A stretch of 64,000 bases of DNA from the NCBI GenBank assembly GCA_030141605.1, contig JAQGDQ010000008.1, positions 1,116,001 through 1,180,000 of the forward strand, read 5' to 3'. The DNA is from Tubiluchus corallicola. Lineage: Eukaryota; Animalia; Priapulida. The stretch's first letter is position 1, and every line of letters begins with the position of its first letter. Positions 29,001 to 41,000 of this stretch are shown piece by piece. The position numbers and the translations under genes were made by a program. The notes under the pieces are model-generated. The model made no database searches, was not told the origin of the DNA, and saw only the letters and a program-made list of their open reading frames with translations.

Positions 29001-32000
29001 AGCATGTTCGGGCGGAGTAAATTCTAACTTGACGACACCATCACTAGGTATGCTGTACTCGCTTTTTAAGCGCTGCATATTTGTTGCACCCGAGGATCGA
29101 ATGCGTATCTTCTTTCCGCTGTAGTCATCCAAAGTTGATCCGGACTGTGTGGTGACAGCCAACTAAAAGAAAACGAAACAGTTAACAGCTGAAAACTGTG
29201 CTGCATTGCTCATAAAAATGAACTTTAATATCCTTTGACTGCTCATAGTCTGTAAAACCTATTTAAAGGGGAAGAAAAGGGAATTTAAAAAGTACACCCT
29301 ACAAACTTTCAGTACAAAGTTACAATACTTAGTATTACGCAAAAGAAAATTCTTATTAATTTAAAATGGTCGTGCCAGCTGATAAACCACACTATATCAC
29401 CATCCCAGTGTGTATCTCTGGCTCACCAAAAAAAAACAACACATTTTGATCTTATTGACAATATAAAGTAATTTATACTTTTGCTTAATTAGTAAATTGT
29501 GCTATGGATGTTCTAGTTATTTTTTCAAACTTTACCCAACGTTAACTGAACTTGTTTCAAACAAGTTACAGTTAAAATAGCTGCACCTAACAGTCATTGC
29601 TGGAGATTACACTTACAAGTTTTATACAGCGTTGCTGCTAATACAAGCTCTGTGCACAATAAGACAGTACTTAAGTGATACAACATTTAAAGACAAATTT
29701 TTTAAGCTTAATTTACGTGTCCTTTAATCTAAAATTATTGATGGCTAAATCTTTAAGAAAATTTTCTAAGATGAGGCACTGAACCAACAGAAACGTCTTT
29801 AGTAATCTGCTATGTACATGTATGGTCATTGAGGGCAGATGTCACATATATGTATCTTGTGTGTCACATTCTCATATTAGAAGATTATTCCTGGTAATGA
29901 GGTCTAGCCACAACCATCTACATTAAGTGCACCTGCCATCGTGTGACCGGTTCCAGCTTGCAGTGCATATGACATTTCAACATAGTATGAATAATGTTTT
30001 GTGTATGGGTGAATCTAGCGGTGCATTAGTTTCGATTGCAAAAATAATTATAATGTTTGTTGCGTCTTGTTCTTCGTTGCTCTACTAAAAAAATGGCTAA
30101 ATCTTTATGATAACCTTCTAAGATGAGGCACTGAACCAACAGAAATGTCTTAGTAATCTGCTATGTACATGCATGGTCATTGAGGACAGATGTCACATAT
30201 ATGTATCATTCTCATATTAGAAGATTATTCCTGGTAATGAGGTGCTGCCACAACCATCTACAATAAGTGCACCTGCCATCATGTGACAGGTTCCAGCTTG
30301 CAATGCATATGACATTTCAACATAGTATGAATAATGTTTTGTATGAATAACAGTATGAAAAAAATGATAACCCAATACTCACGTAAGCCTTAAAAGGCAT
30401 GTTTGGCTTGAATATCTGAGGCTGTGCACCTAACCAAACTAGCTTCACGGTACTGTTGTAGATCAAAGAGTAAGCATAACCCGTCTGCGTCTCGTTGATA
30501 AGAGCGTCCTGTACCGTCGCTTTGAATACCAGTTCATTGTTCATCAATGAAATGCCAAGATCGGCCAAGTCGGATAACCAAAAGTCGAAAACTCTCAGTC
30601 CCTCGAACTAAAATTGTAGAATAACAAACAAGGAATTACACTTTTCAAATGATAGCATGCACATTATATATATATATAAAATGCATGTAACAGGGTATTA
30701 ATTCATTCAGTAGTTGCTTTAACCTCGATAAAGTACGAGAAAATGACTATGATCGCAAAGATTGCTTGCCAAATTTTGTTGCCAGTTTGATTATAGTAAA
30801 CATTCTGATGTTTCTCATATTTCTACTTTGAACATTCCTAGGTGCAGAACGGCTGCTTATAAATTCAGAATTTTTCCACTGGGCCTTTTGACTGAAGAAT
30901 TTCATATCAGAAAATTGTTTACTTGCACGCTCAACCACTTCAAGAGAAATGTCAAAATATACCTCTATAACTAATAAATTAGTTATAAGAACTCCATTTT
31001 TGTGGACATTCACATTTTCATCTTACTACTGCAACCGCTTACCGAGTGGCTTTTGGGGCGATTTATAGAAAAACAATTTGTAAAACCGAAATGAGTTCTA
31101 AGGAATGTTACTTTGAATTTAATCATCGTATTCTACCCAAGGCTAGAAAAGTAATGTATTTAACCAGAATGTGTGAAAAATTGACAGACAATTTTTGCAC
31201 TTCCTGCTGTTTACCAGTTCATCATTTTCTTAAATGTGTGCTTGCATAGCAAAATCGTCCATAAGTCGGCAATTAAGCTTTTCTAGTTATTCATATATCC
31301 TGAATCTCCATTTCACGAGTATCATTTTGATACCAAGCTCATCACTCTATGTTCTTTCTAAGCTGAGATAATACACGTTGAAGTTGAGGTGCATGCTATG
31401 CACTGAAAAATGTAACCTTAAGAAAACTGCTGTTAAAGTTAGCCATTGTTTTTGTTGCATTTCTACAAAACACTTAGCAACTCAACAAATGTTGGTTGCT
31501 ACGGACTTTGCAAGAGCACATTGATGTTACATGTAAATCATGTAGATGGCTCTTCCTGGCGAAAATCTGGGTTTGGCAACAGAAAAAACCCGAAGCAAAA
31601 TGACAGTTTCCACGAGCTACTATTGGAGTTTTGCTAGGATATAAAAGTCCAATACATTTTAGCGTTTGTTTAAAAAAAACAAAAAATTGATATTAGACTA
31701 AATTTTCGTGCATTCTACATTGATGCATCATAACATAATTTTAACTATGCGGACTTATAGACGGTTTTGGTTTGGAAACACACAAATAACAACGTAGCTA
31801 TTAGCACACGCGATGAAATTTGAACAATGTCATTCCTCCTACCTTCTCTCTGTCCTTCAGTTCACCTCTCTTGTTTTGTCGTCACATGCAGTTTCATAAG
31901 AATCACAAACTTACCACCGGATCATAGATTTCCAGTGCTTTCTCCCCTTCATCGGGTGTTTCTATTACTGTCCCGTTTGGCATCAGACGTCGAACATATG

Positions 32001-35000
32001 CTTTCACCCAACATCGTCCTCTGACAAGTTCATTGTTCATGTGTCTAAAAAAATAAAAATATAAGCAATAGATTAGGCTAAGAAATTTTGTGTGAATTTA
32101 CAAAAACTTGTATGCTATTCAATAGTGATATAACTGTTTTGTCACGTCAGCTAATTTACCTATGTTAGCATGAGCTTCTAATTAACATATAAACAGGTGA
32201 AATTATGGAAGTATACATGTACAAATAATGTTTATCAAATAACAAGCAACTAAACTTTACAAGAATCTCTCACCCACTACCCGTTTCAGCATTTGTAATA
32301 TTTAAATTTCAAATTTAGTTCATGTAAGCCGTATAGCAAGGCAAGATAAGGTTTGGTAAATTTGGGCAGTTAATTTTTAAGAAAAGGTATTTGAAACTAA
32401 TTCAATTCTCCAGCCTATGCTATACTCACAGGGCTTTCACGGTAATGGAGACCTTCTCTTGTGAATCTAGAACCGTCCATGATGAGCTTAAAAGCAACTC
32501 AATACGAGCTACATAAACTAGAATCATTTAAATGCATCGTTAAAAGATTACAAATTCCAACACGCAAAATTACAACGACACCCGGGACAGAAACACAACA
32601 CAAAGGATTATGATTATAATTGTTATCATTTCCCATCCATTAGCTGAAACGGTGAAAGAAATATTGGAAATCATCGAAGCGTGCAAATTAATTAGATAGT
32701 TTAACTATTTAAATGCAATGTGTGCGTGTATGTATATATTAAAAGTAAAAGAGTTCTAGGCTTTATATACTGATTAAATAGAAAATTAAATTGAAATTAA
32801 CCTACTTTAATTCTAACATTTATGTTTTTAGTACATCAGAATGTAAAAAAAGATAAAAAGACAACTGATAACTTAGAAGCTCTTATACTAAGTTTAAATA
32901 TTTTCAAAATATAGTATCCCCACTGTTGAAATCTACGAATACGACAGTGGGGAATATTACCACTTTGGAAGACAACCTTTTCTGAAGCTTAGACCATTTA
33001 ATGAAACAACTGCGTAACCTGATTAAATACATGCAAAAAATACCAGCATTAGGCATTTTCTTATCATACTGTGGCATGTAATAGGGTGATATCTGGCCTG
33101 TAGATGGCAGTACAAAAGAATGCTCTAAAACGCTGCTGGGATTCCAGGACTGTTTTCAGTTAGTATCCTTTGCTGCAGTAAGCTGTTGCAGTTGCTCTTG
33201 TCACGTATGTGCTTATAATTTACATGGAATTTTTATGCTTGTTACTAGTCCAAGGCCTTATGTCATCCTGTGCGCACATGAGGGAAATTTGTGCTAACAT
33301 ACATTGATATGTTCACTTAGGTTCACTCTGTCTTAGAATACATTGGTAATTCTTTCCCAGCATATATAGTATTTCTAGGCAATACTTGAATTTTTACCCC
33401 AAATGGCTGTCTTGTCAGAAAGGAAAATCTTTTAAGAATGGCACAAAATTACTATAAGTACAGAAGCCTTACTGCAAATCAGTGCACGGAATTTATAAGT
33501 AGCAACAAACATCAAAAATTGAATGTTATTTGTACATTTATTTGTATCATACATTAACTTGCTATGTATCTTAAACATCACTGTAAATAAAATAGTTTTG
33601 AAATAAAATTCTTCATTCTATCTCACCTTTGTTGTTAGATAAATACCAAATTACCAAAGAAAAAATTACCAATAAATTACCAAAGGCTGCCTTAGTTTGA
33701 TAATCTTAAGTTTTTTTGAAAATGCACGGCAATCAGGCATGTTATGCTGCTAATATGATAAGTTTGTATGGTTCTATTATCTCTAGAAATTCATTGTCTT
33801 GCATTCTTAATTTAATGTAAAACATTGATGAGTTTACACATCATATTCCATGCATTTCTAATGCTTCGTCGTATCCCTCTTTTTGTTGACATTTGTGGGG
33901 CACCTGACTATTCCATTTGACTGTCATATGACTGGATTAGTTGTAAAAATTATACATTTCATTAGGGATACTGGATTTTTCATTTTCATCAATGTCACAG
34001 TAGTTCTCAATATTGTTTGCACATATCACCAGCAAATTTGCAATTGCACATTTTTTTGCTGTTAGTATAAACACCTCATGTTACACTGAGATTTGTTGCA
34101 CTGATATCTGATCAAATCCAGTATAGTCTGGCACCCTTTGGCTGGCAGCAAAATTTAATGTGTTGACATGCTTCTGTTACCTCCTTCAATAATTCTCATG
34201 TGGATCGAGTTGTCTGGTTGTTTGCAGAAGTCCGGTTGCAACCAGTAAAGGCAATGCAATGCTCATAGAACTGGTGCTTTTATCAGGATCCACAGCATTC
34301 ACAATTTCATAAATAGCCATGCACCGTAAAGTAGGTGCCAGTCCACTTATGGGAAGCTCATATTTGGTTACTGCTATAACATTAACAACCTTGATCGCCA
34401 GAGTCAGCAGTATTGTGTCTGCCTCTTTGTGACTAGAATGCCTCGCAGCTCAAGCTACTGTAATAGTAACAGTTTTAACAGGTAGCTAGAAAATTACCTA
34501 GTTCATTTTTTCTTGTTCTCAAGCAAGATTCTGCTAGCAAACCACCTAAACTAATGAATAATTAAGTAAAGTCACCTAAAACAACTGAAGTTACCGAAAT
34601 AATGTAAGGCTTTGTTTTACACACATGTCACGTGAAGGTTGTAGCTAAGACGCGCTGCTGAGGTAGACTTAACCTCTGACTAACAGCAACTACGCATAAA
34701 TGAAACTATGAAAAAGCTTATTAGTTCAATTCTTTGTTATACCCTAAAAGATAATACATGTATTAACTTCCCAAAGTTAACAGATATGAGTCATACAATC
34801 TTAGCTGGTTCAGCCTTAAACCCGGTATAGGAAGACTACCAGTGTCTCCCAGCCTGTTTGCTTACTTTTCCTGGAATAACGCAGTCTGCAAATGCTTATT
34901 TTTTTAATTTTAGGGATAAGCATGTAATTATAAATACAGGTTAACATCTCATAATGCGTTACAAAGAATAAAAGCGTCTTCTGGTGGTTAACCAACGTGT

Positions 35001-38000
35001 TACTTTTCTATACAGTTTAACTGTCATATAAATTAAGATCGATTACAATTTATTTTCACTTAACTACACATCACTAGACCACATTATCATTACCCATATT
35101 AAAGTATATTGGGCCCATCTTTGATCTGTTTGAATGTGCAAGTTTGCTCGATACTTGCCGATTATTTATTGAATTAGCACATGACTGCTGTTTGCAGTGA
35201 GTGGATACGATGATTTTACTCTCAAATTCTGTTGAAGCTCACCTTGGCAGCCATCTTAACATCCTACATGAGGTTATGTCATAGGAGTTTTAAAACATCA
35301 GAAAATGTTGAAAACCTATATTCACTCACCAAAAACATGATCTTATCTGCACTAACAGCTAGGATATGGCTTTTATAAGTTTTCAGTGGATGTTTTTTTT
35401 ATAGGCCACTTATCCAAAATTAATAACTTGCTGGGTTCTAGCATTGTGCAAAGTTTCATAATGTTTAGGGAAAACGAGCAATTTTGTACTATTCTGTAGA
35501 CTATTTCTGTATGTTAAAAAGGCTAAATAATGAGGTAAAAATTCCCAACATATATTTTTGTGACAACTAAATAATACAAAACACAGTGGTATACGTATTG
35601 CCAACTATTTCTGCAAAATAGTAAAACACTTTGTGCCACAAGGCCCTGCACTACACAAAATCTGTTATTTACTGTGTGACCTCGGGATATGGTACGGAAC
35701 ATGGTTTTCCCGACTCTCAAATAATCAGCAAATTAAGTATACTTACAGTGCCTTGATTTTAACGGAAACTTTTTCCTGAGAGTCGAGCACGGTCCACGGA
35801 GAGTTCACGAACAGTTCCAGTCGTGGTTTATCTGCATACGGCAAGGTGCAAATTGCACATTAGAGCAGACTCAATCAAGAATCTGCTGGGGTATTGGCCT
35901 GGAGTTTTCCAACAAACATGCACATGCAGATAGCCATGACAACATGTACAGCATGTAAACAATAAGTAAACAACATGCCCAAGCCATGCGACAAGCAGCG
36001 TACGACAAACAAGATGCACTTAGTAAACAAAGAGCAAAAAATGTTCAAGTAGTAAATAACAACAACCCACAGGGGCGACTCCACAGGCAAGCAGTAAAAA
36101 AGAGTGAGCAACAAGTAGCAAACAATGCCCAAAATAATATAGCATCACCAAAAGCTGGACAAAACTTGGCAATTGGATATATGGCAAAGAACATTTGCAA
36201 AAATCCTTGTAAAAAACTGGAAATGGAAAACGATATCTCTGCAAACAATTACCTTCTTGGGGTTTTAAAACTACCTAATACTGTAGAGTTATTTTTAGTT
36301 CTACTACAAATCAGTATAGAAAACGGTAGTTCTGAGGAAGATGTTCTATGTAATACTATAAAACAAATTTTACAAAAACAGAAAAAATAACCAAATCACA
36401 CAGAAATTTTCAAAAAAAATAGAAGACAGATATACACATCAGTCTTGTAGTTAAAGTCAAAAAGATGATCAAAAATTGAAAAGTACAGAAAAGGGAAAAC
36501 TTTTTCAGTTATATTACAAAGATAGCAAACAAAAAAACCATGAGATTTTGCATGTAAGAGCAACTGTTTAATTACATAAGAACAGGTGGGGTGTTATATG
36601 AGAAACAAAGTAAAAAAATAAATTTAGTTGGGATTTCTGAAAAGAAGGTAATCTGCCCAAGTTCAAGAATTTGATAAATATTTAATCACGGTCAGAAACT
36701 AAGTAACCATTACTTACAGCAAAATTACAAGAACAAATGGAAAAAACAGATGCCACAGAACCATGCAAGGAAAGGTATAGAAGTGAAAAATCTTGAAATT
36801 ACAGACATAGTCAGCAGCACACAGCACAAAGAACTAACTAAAATATCCCCTATTAGTGAACAAAAGAGACTTGACAAAACACAGAAAATTATGAACTATC
36901 TTTGCCATCTGTGATAACTATTAGCTACAATAAAAAAGCAAGAATGTACACAAAGAGATACTATGCTCAATTACATTAATTTTTAATGCAGCTAACAACA
37001 GATAGATGGCTCTGATAATCATAAATGGAATCACAACAGGCCAATAAACATTTATCCAATACAAAATAAATCAATTAAAATGCCAGCATCAACTGCCATT
37101 CATTATAAACAAAGTTAAGTTTAGTCGCACTGAAATCAAACTCAAGAATAAAAATCACATTAGAAAAGCAAATCTGAATGCGAACATTTCAAATGTTTGT
37201 ATCAGATTCAATAAAAAGTTTAAACAATCTTTACTTTAAAATGAAGAATCTGCTTTAAAACTCTATTCTGGCTGAGCAATGCATTTCAAAATCACTGTGT
37301 TTAGATGTTTATCCTAACGCTACCTTAAAATACATGCAATACTATGCAGGATTCACTAGTACAGTAATACTTAGTATTTTTCATTTCACTAAGCGGAGTT
37401 AGTGAAAGCAATGCTGAACTCGTTCAAAAGCTTGACTTCAATTCTGAGACTGGTGTTCAGATTTTTTTCCGACATTGCAACAATTAAAGATGGATGTGAA
37501 ATGAAATTCCAGCAATTAATAACCCCTGTATCCCTTTTTCTTTTGTATGGTAGAAACCTTACAAACAAAGCCCAGTTATAAGTCTTTCAATCAAGGAAAG
37601 TCAATGTTACAGTAGTACTAACATAATGAGAATTCCTGACATATATCTTTCTATTCTTGCTAAATACTCTCAGAATGAGGTGAGTCATGTAGGTATGGGC
37701 TCAGTACCAAAGTTGGATAACACCGATGCACTGAAAAGATGGGTGTCCTTCAGGACTCGATATTCCACCTGGGTGATTACATCGGTGTTATCCTGGAGGG
37801 AGGATGTATTCACAAATAATTATGACCGAGCTTTTCTGTAGAGGAATTCATACATCCAACCACATGTCCACTTACTAAAGTAACTAAACTGCAAACAGGC
37901 TAAATTCTCTAGTGAAACATAAATCACAGTTTCATGGTGTAATGCATTTCAAGCCAGAATAGGTCATCTCTGCTAAAGAATTCCTATTAACAATTAATGT

Positions 38001-41000
38001 CTAAAAAGCAAGATAAATATATCATAGATTAGATACTGATTGTTACTTTTACTGATTTTACAAGTTCAAAGTGCTAAGCAGCTAAAGAAGAATGAAGGAT
38101 AGAAATAGATTTACTAAATTTTTTTGAATGTAAATTTTTCCCATTTGTAGTATGAACATGACTATGCAGTTGGATTAAACAGCTCGTGTTAATAATGTCA
38201 AGTGTTAGTCTGTTCACATACAAATGGTCATTTTTTTATCAAAACACCAACATCTTATGCAACCTAGCCAAAATATCCAAAGATAATTCAGCAAGAAGAT
38301 AAGATGTATTCTTAAAGCTACGTAAGAAATTCAAGACTTAAATGTAAAATGTTTGCTTATGATATGATTTGCTTCAAAAGTAATAAAAATGTGCAATAGG
38401 CACCTTTCAACGGTCTCATATCTGTGAAAGAAATAAAGAAAGCACAAATTAGTGTCATTAATCATCAGCACCAAATGTTAAGTACTGCCTAAGTTGTTTT
38501 AAACTAGAGGTTGCAACTTCTAATTTAGATTTACCATTGTCTAAGTTGAGCTAATAATGTACTTGGCGTAGGGCTTCATATTGTTCAAATAACAAAAAAG
38601 ATATGTCAGTAAAATAGTAAAACACTGGTAAGAATGTCTTATTAGTTTTTGAATTTTTCTATGAATTAATAAATGAGTTGTCAAAAGTCAGTATTAACTG
38701 CAAAAAAAACAAAGTTGCAATCTCTAATTTTAAGTTTTAGCTCTCATTAAAATTGTGTTAACATATATTAGATGACTAGTGATACGTGATGGCGGTTACT
38801 GTGGCAACCAGCATCACGCTTAAGTAGTCAATAGATCATTGAGTAAGATATTAAAGTAGGTACTGTTTTGCATCAAGCCTTGGGTTAAAACCACGTCAAG
38901 GAAAAAAATCTCAATAAAATGCAAAATGAAGTTGATTTTGAGTAAAAGTGTAAAACTTTTCACTCTTTGCCTTGACATGATTGCACAAAAACCACTTCAA
39001 TGTAAATTTTAGCAGTGTTAATCTGCCATCACAGCTGTAAAGACATGTTAAAACATTAAAAATGAAGCGCTGAAGCTTCTGGAGTTAAAATTAAGGATTG
39101 TGAGATCAGTAAATTTTTATGTGCAGCTCAAAAAACATGCCATCAAAAAAGTTAATGCACATAATATTTGCAAGGTTGCTGATTCGAGAAATTATTTGAA
39201 AGTATCTAATATTAAATTTGACTTCCGGTACGGTTACATCAATGCTACAATCCCTATGAATGGTTGATTGTTTACTGAGAAACTGAAGTGGTACACTTAC
39301 ATTTTATAAAACATGGGTATCTTACAAAAACACATTCTTGAATAAGATTAATAATATTTTTACGTATTACTAATGCATGTTAGAAGTGAGGTCTCTGACA
39401 TCACAGAAACTTTTCGGCCTGGACACAAAGAACTTAAATTACTAATAATTTTCTTTTCTTCCAACATGAGCTTTTTAAATGAGCAAGCAAGTCACTTTCT
39501 AAAGAAAGATTACAGCACATTTTTCAAGCTGCACTTTGAAATCCTCTGTTCTGCACATTTCATATTACCAAAAGACATATTTAGAAACAAGCCATTTACA
39601 CTTACATCTGCCTTTTCAGAATAAAATTTTAGTGCCGACAACAAGCTTGTTAGAAGTCAAAACTGATTTTGACAGTTTACGTTATGGTAACTTTTATTAA
39701 TTTGTCAAACAGCCAGCATCTCTTCAAGATTTCGTTTTCTTGCATATAATGAATTAACTGCACTTTCAATGCAAGTCTATGAACTATATTTACAATGCAA
39801 GCTGCCTCGCTAATGAAAAGAATACAAGACATTATGTGTTTTGTAATAAGATTTGTTCAGTTATGAATTACCCCTATACTATTAAAACTCTATAACTCGG
39901 ACATCATATTGTTTTAAAGAATAGTGGCTTGTCTGTTTTGCTACAGTAAAGAAACGAAATTTGCACGGAGTTGCCGCTGTTTAGAACAATTCTATATACA
40001 TCCAACTACAAAACACAAAAAAGCATGACTGAGCACGCTATCTTACCAAATCCAACCACTTGGAATGGCTCATAGGCTGTGTATCCCTGCAAATGTATAA
40101 AAAATTTATAATCAAAAGTTTACTCCTCTAAAACACATAATAAGTGACAATGGGCAGTGATGGAGGCACTCTTGCACTTATCTAGTATGCATGAAAAAAT
40201 CAAGCATTTAGCAAAGTTAAAGCATAGTTGTTATGCCAGTTCATCATATCTCGGCTAGATGAAAAGAATGCAGAATTTGACTCGAATTCACCAATTTTGT
40301 ATACAAAATATTTGTTTATATGCACGAGTCAGTATATAGCTGTTCAGCATCCAGCTTCAACAGCTCCACTTATACGAAGCTAATCAAATAATACTCACCC
40401 CAGCAATGACTTTGACTTGCCAGTCTCCTTCGGGGGCATCCCCTGATAGCTCATAGCTGAGACTAATTGCACCAAGGTTACTTTGCTGGGACAGCCATCG
40501 ACGTACCTCAAATCCATGTGGGTCCTAAAAAGAAACAAATAATAATAAAAACAAAGACCAAGGTTTTGTCGTTAATAACTTGAAGACTCATCAGTGATTG
40601 TAAACAACACAACTGTGCACCATCATATGGTACAGTTTTTAGTAAGACATTTATTGGTATAACACATTTATTGTGAGCACAGAAAAACTGTGTGACCAGA
40701 ATTAGTATATATAGATAACTGGGATTCAAATAAAATACAGTATATTATCTTATTCTATCAGAAGTTTGTTGTTACAAATTATGTGGCAATTCGCACACAC
40801 CACACCAGTCACAAACACTGCTTTTTGAAATTTTGATCTCACAAAAATTGCTGAAAAGGTACCATGCCACTTAACTTTGTCTAGAAAAGTGATGCGTCAT
40901 TAAATAAGACCGCTTTTTTCAGATCACCATTCAGTGCAAATGAATGTAAAACATTCAAGATGAGTTCAACGATAATAAAATTCGTAAATGCCAATAAAGA

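Noticed and set aside
33440-33480. Possible fourth micro-exon (NKASVLI) for chain 7c; candidates at ~32961-32981 and ~34632-34680 also examined
   Set aside because: Wrong exit phase, stop on joining to exon 8, or non-consensus donor
35828-36390. Several overlapping ORFs including a 134-aa plus-strand ORF
   Set aside because: Explained by strand-skewed low-complexity composition; no recognisable domain or exon boundaries
36718-36835. Segment ending CT|GTAAGT like exons 7a/7b
   Set aside because: No phase-1 acceptor in the open frame and no peptide similarity
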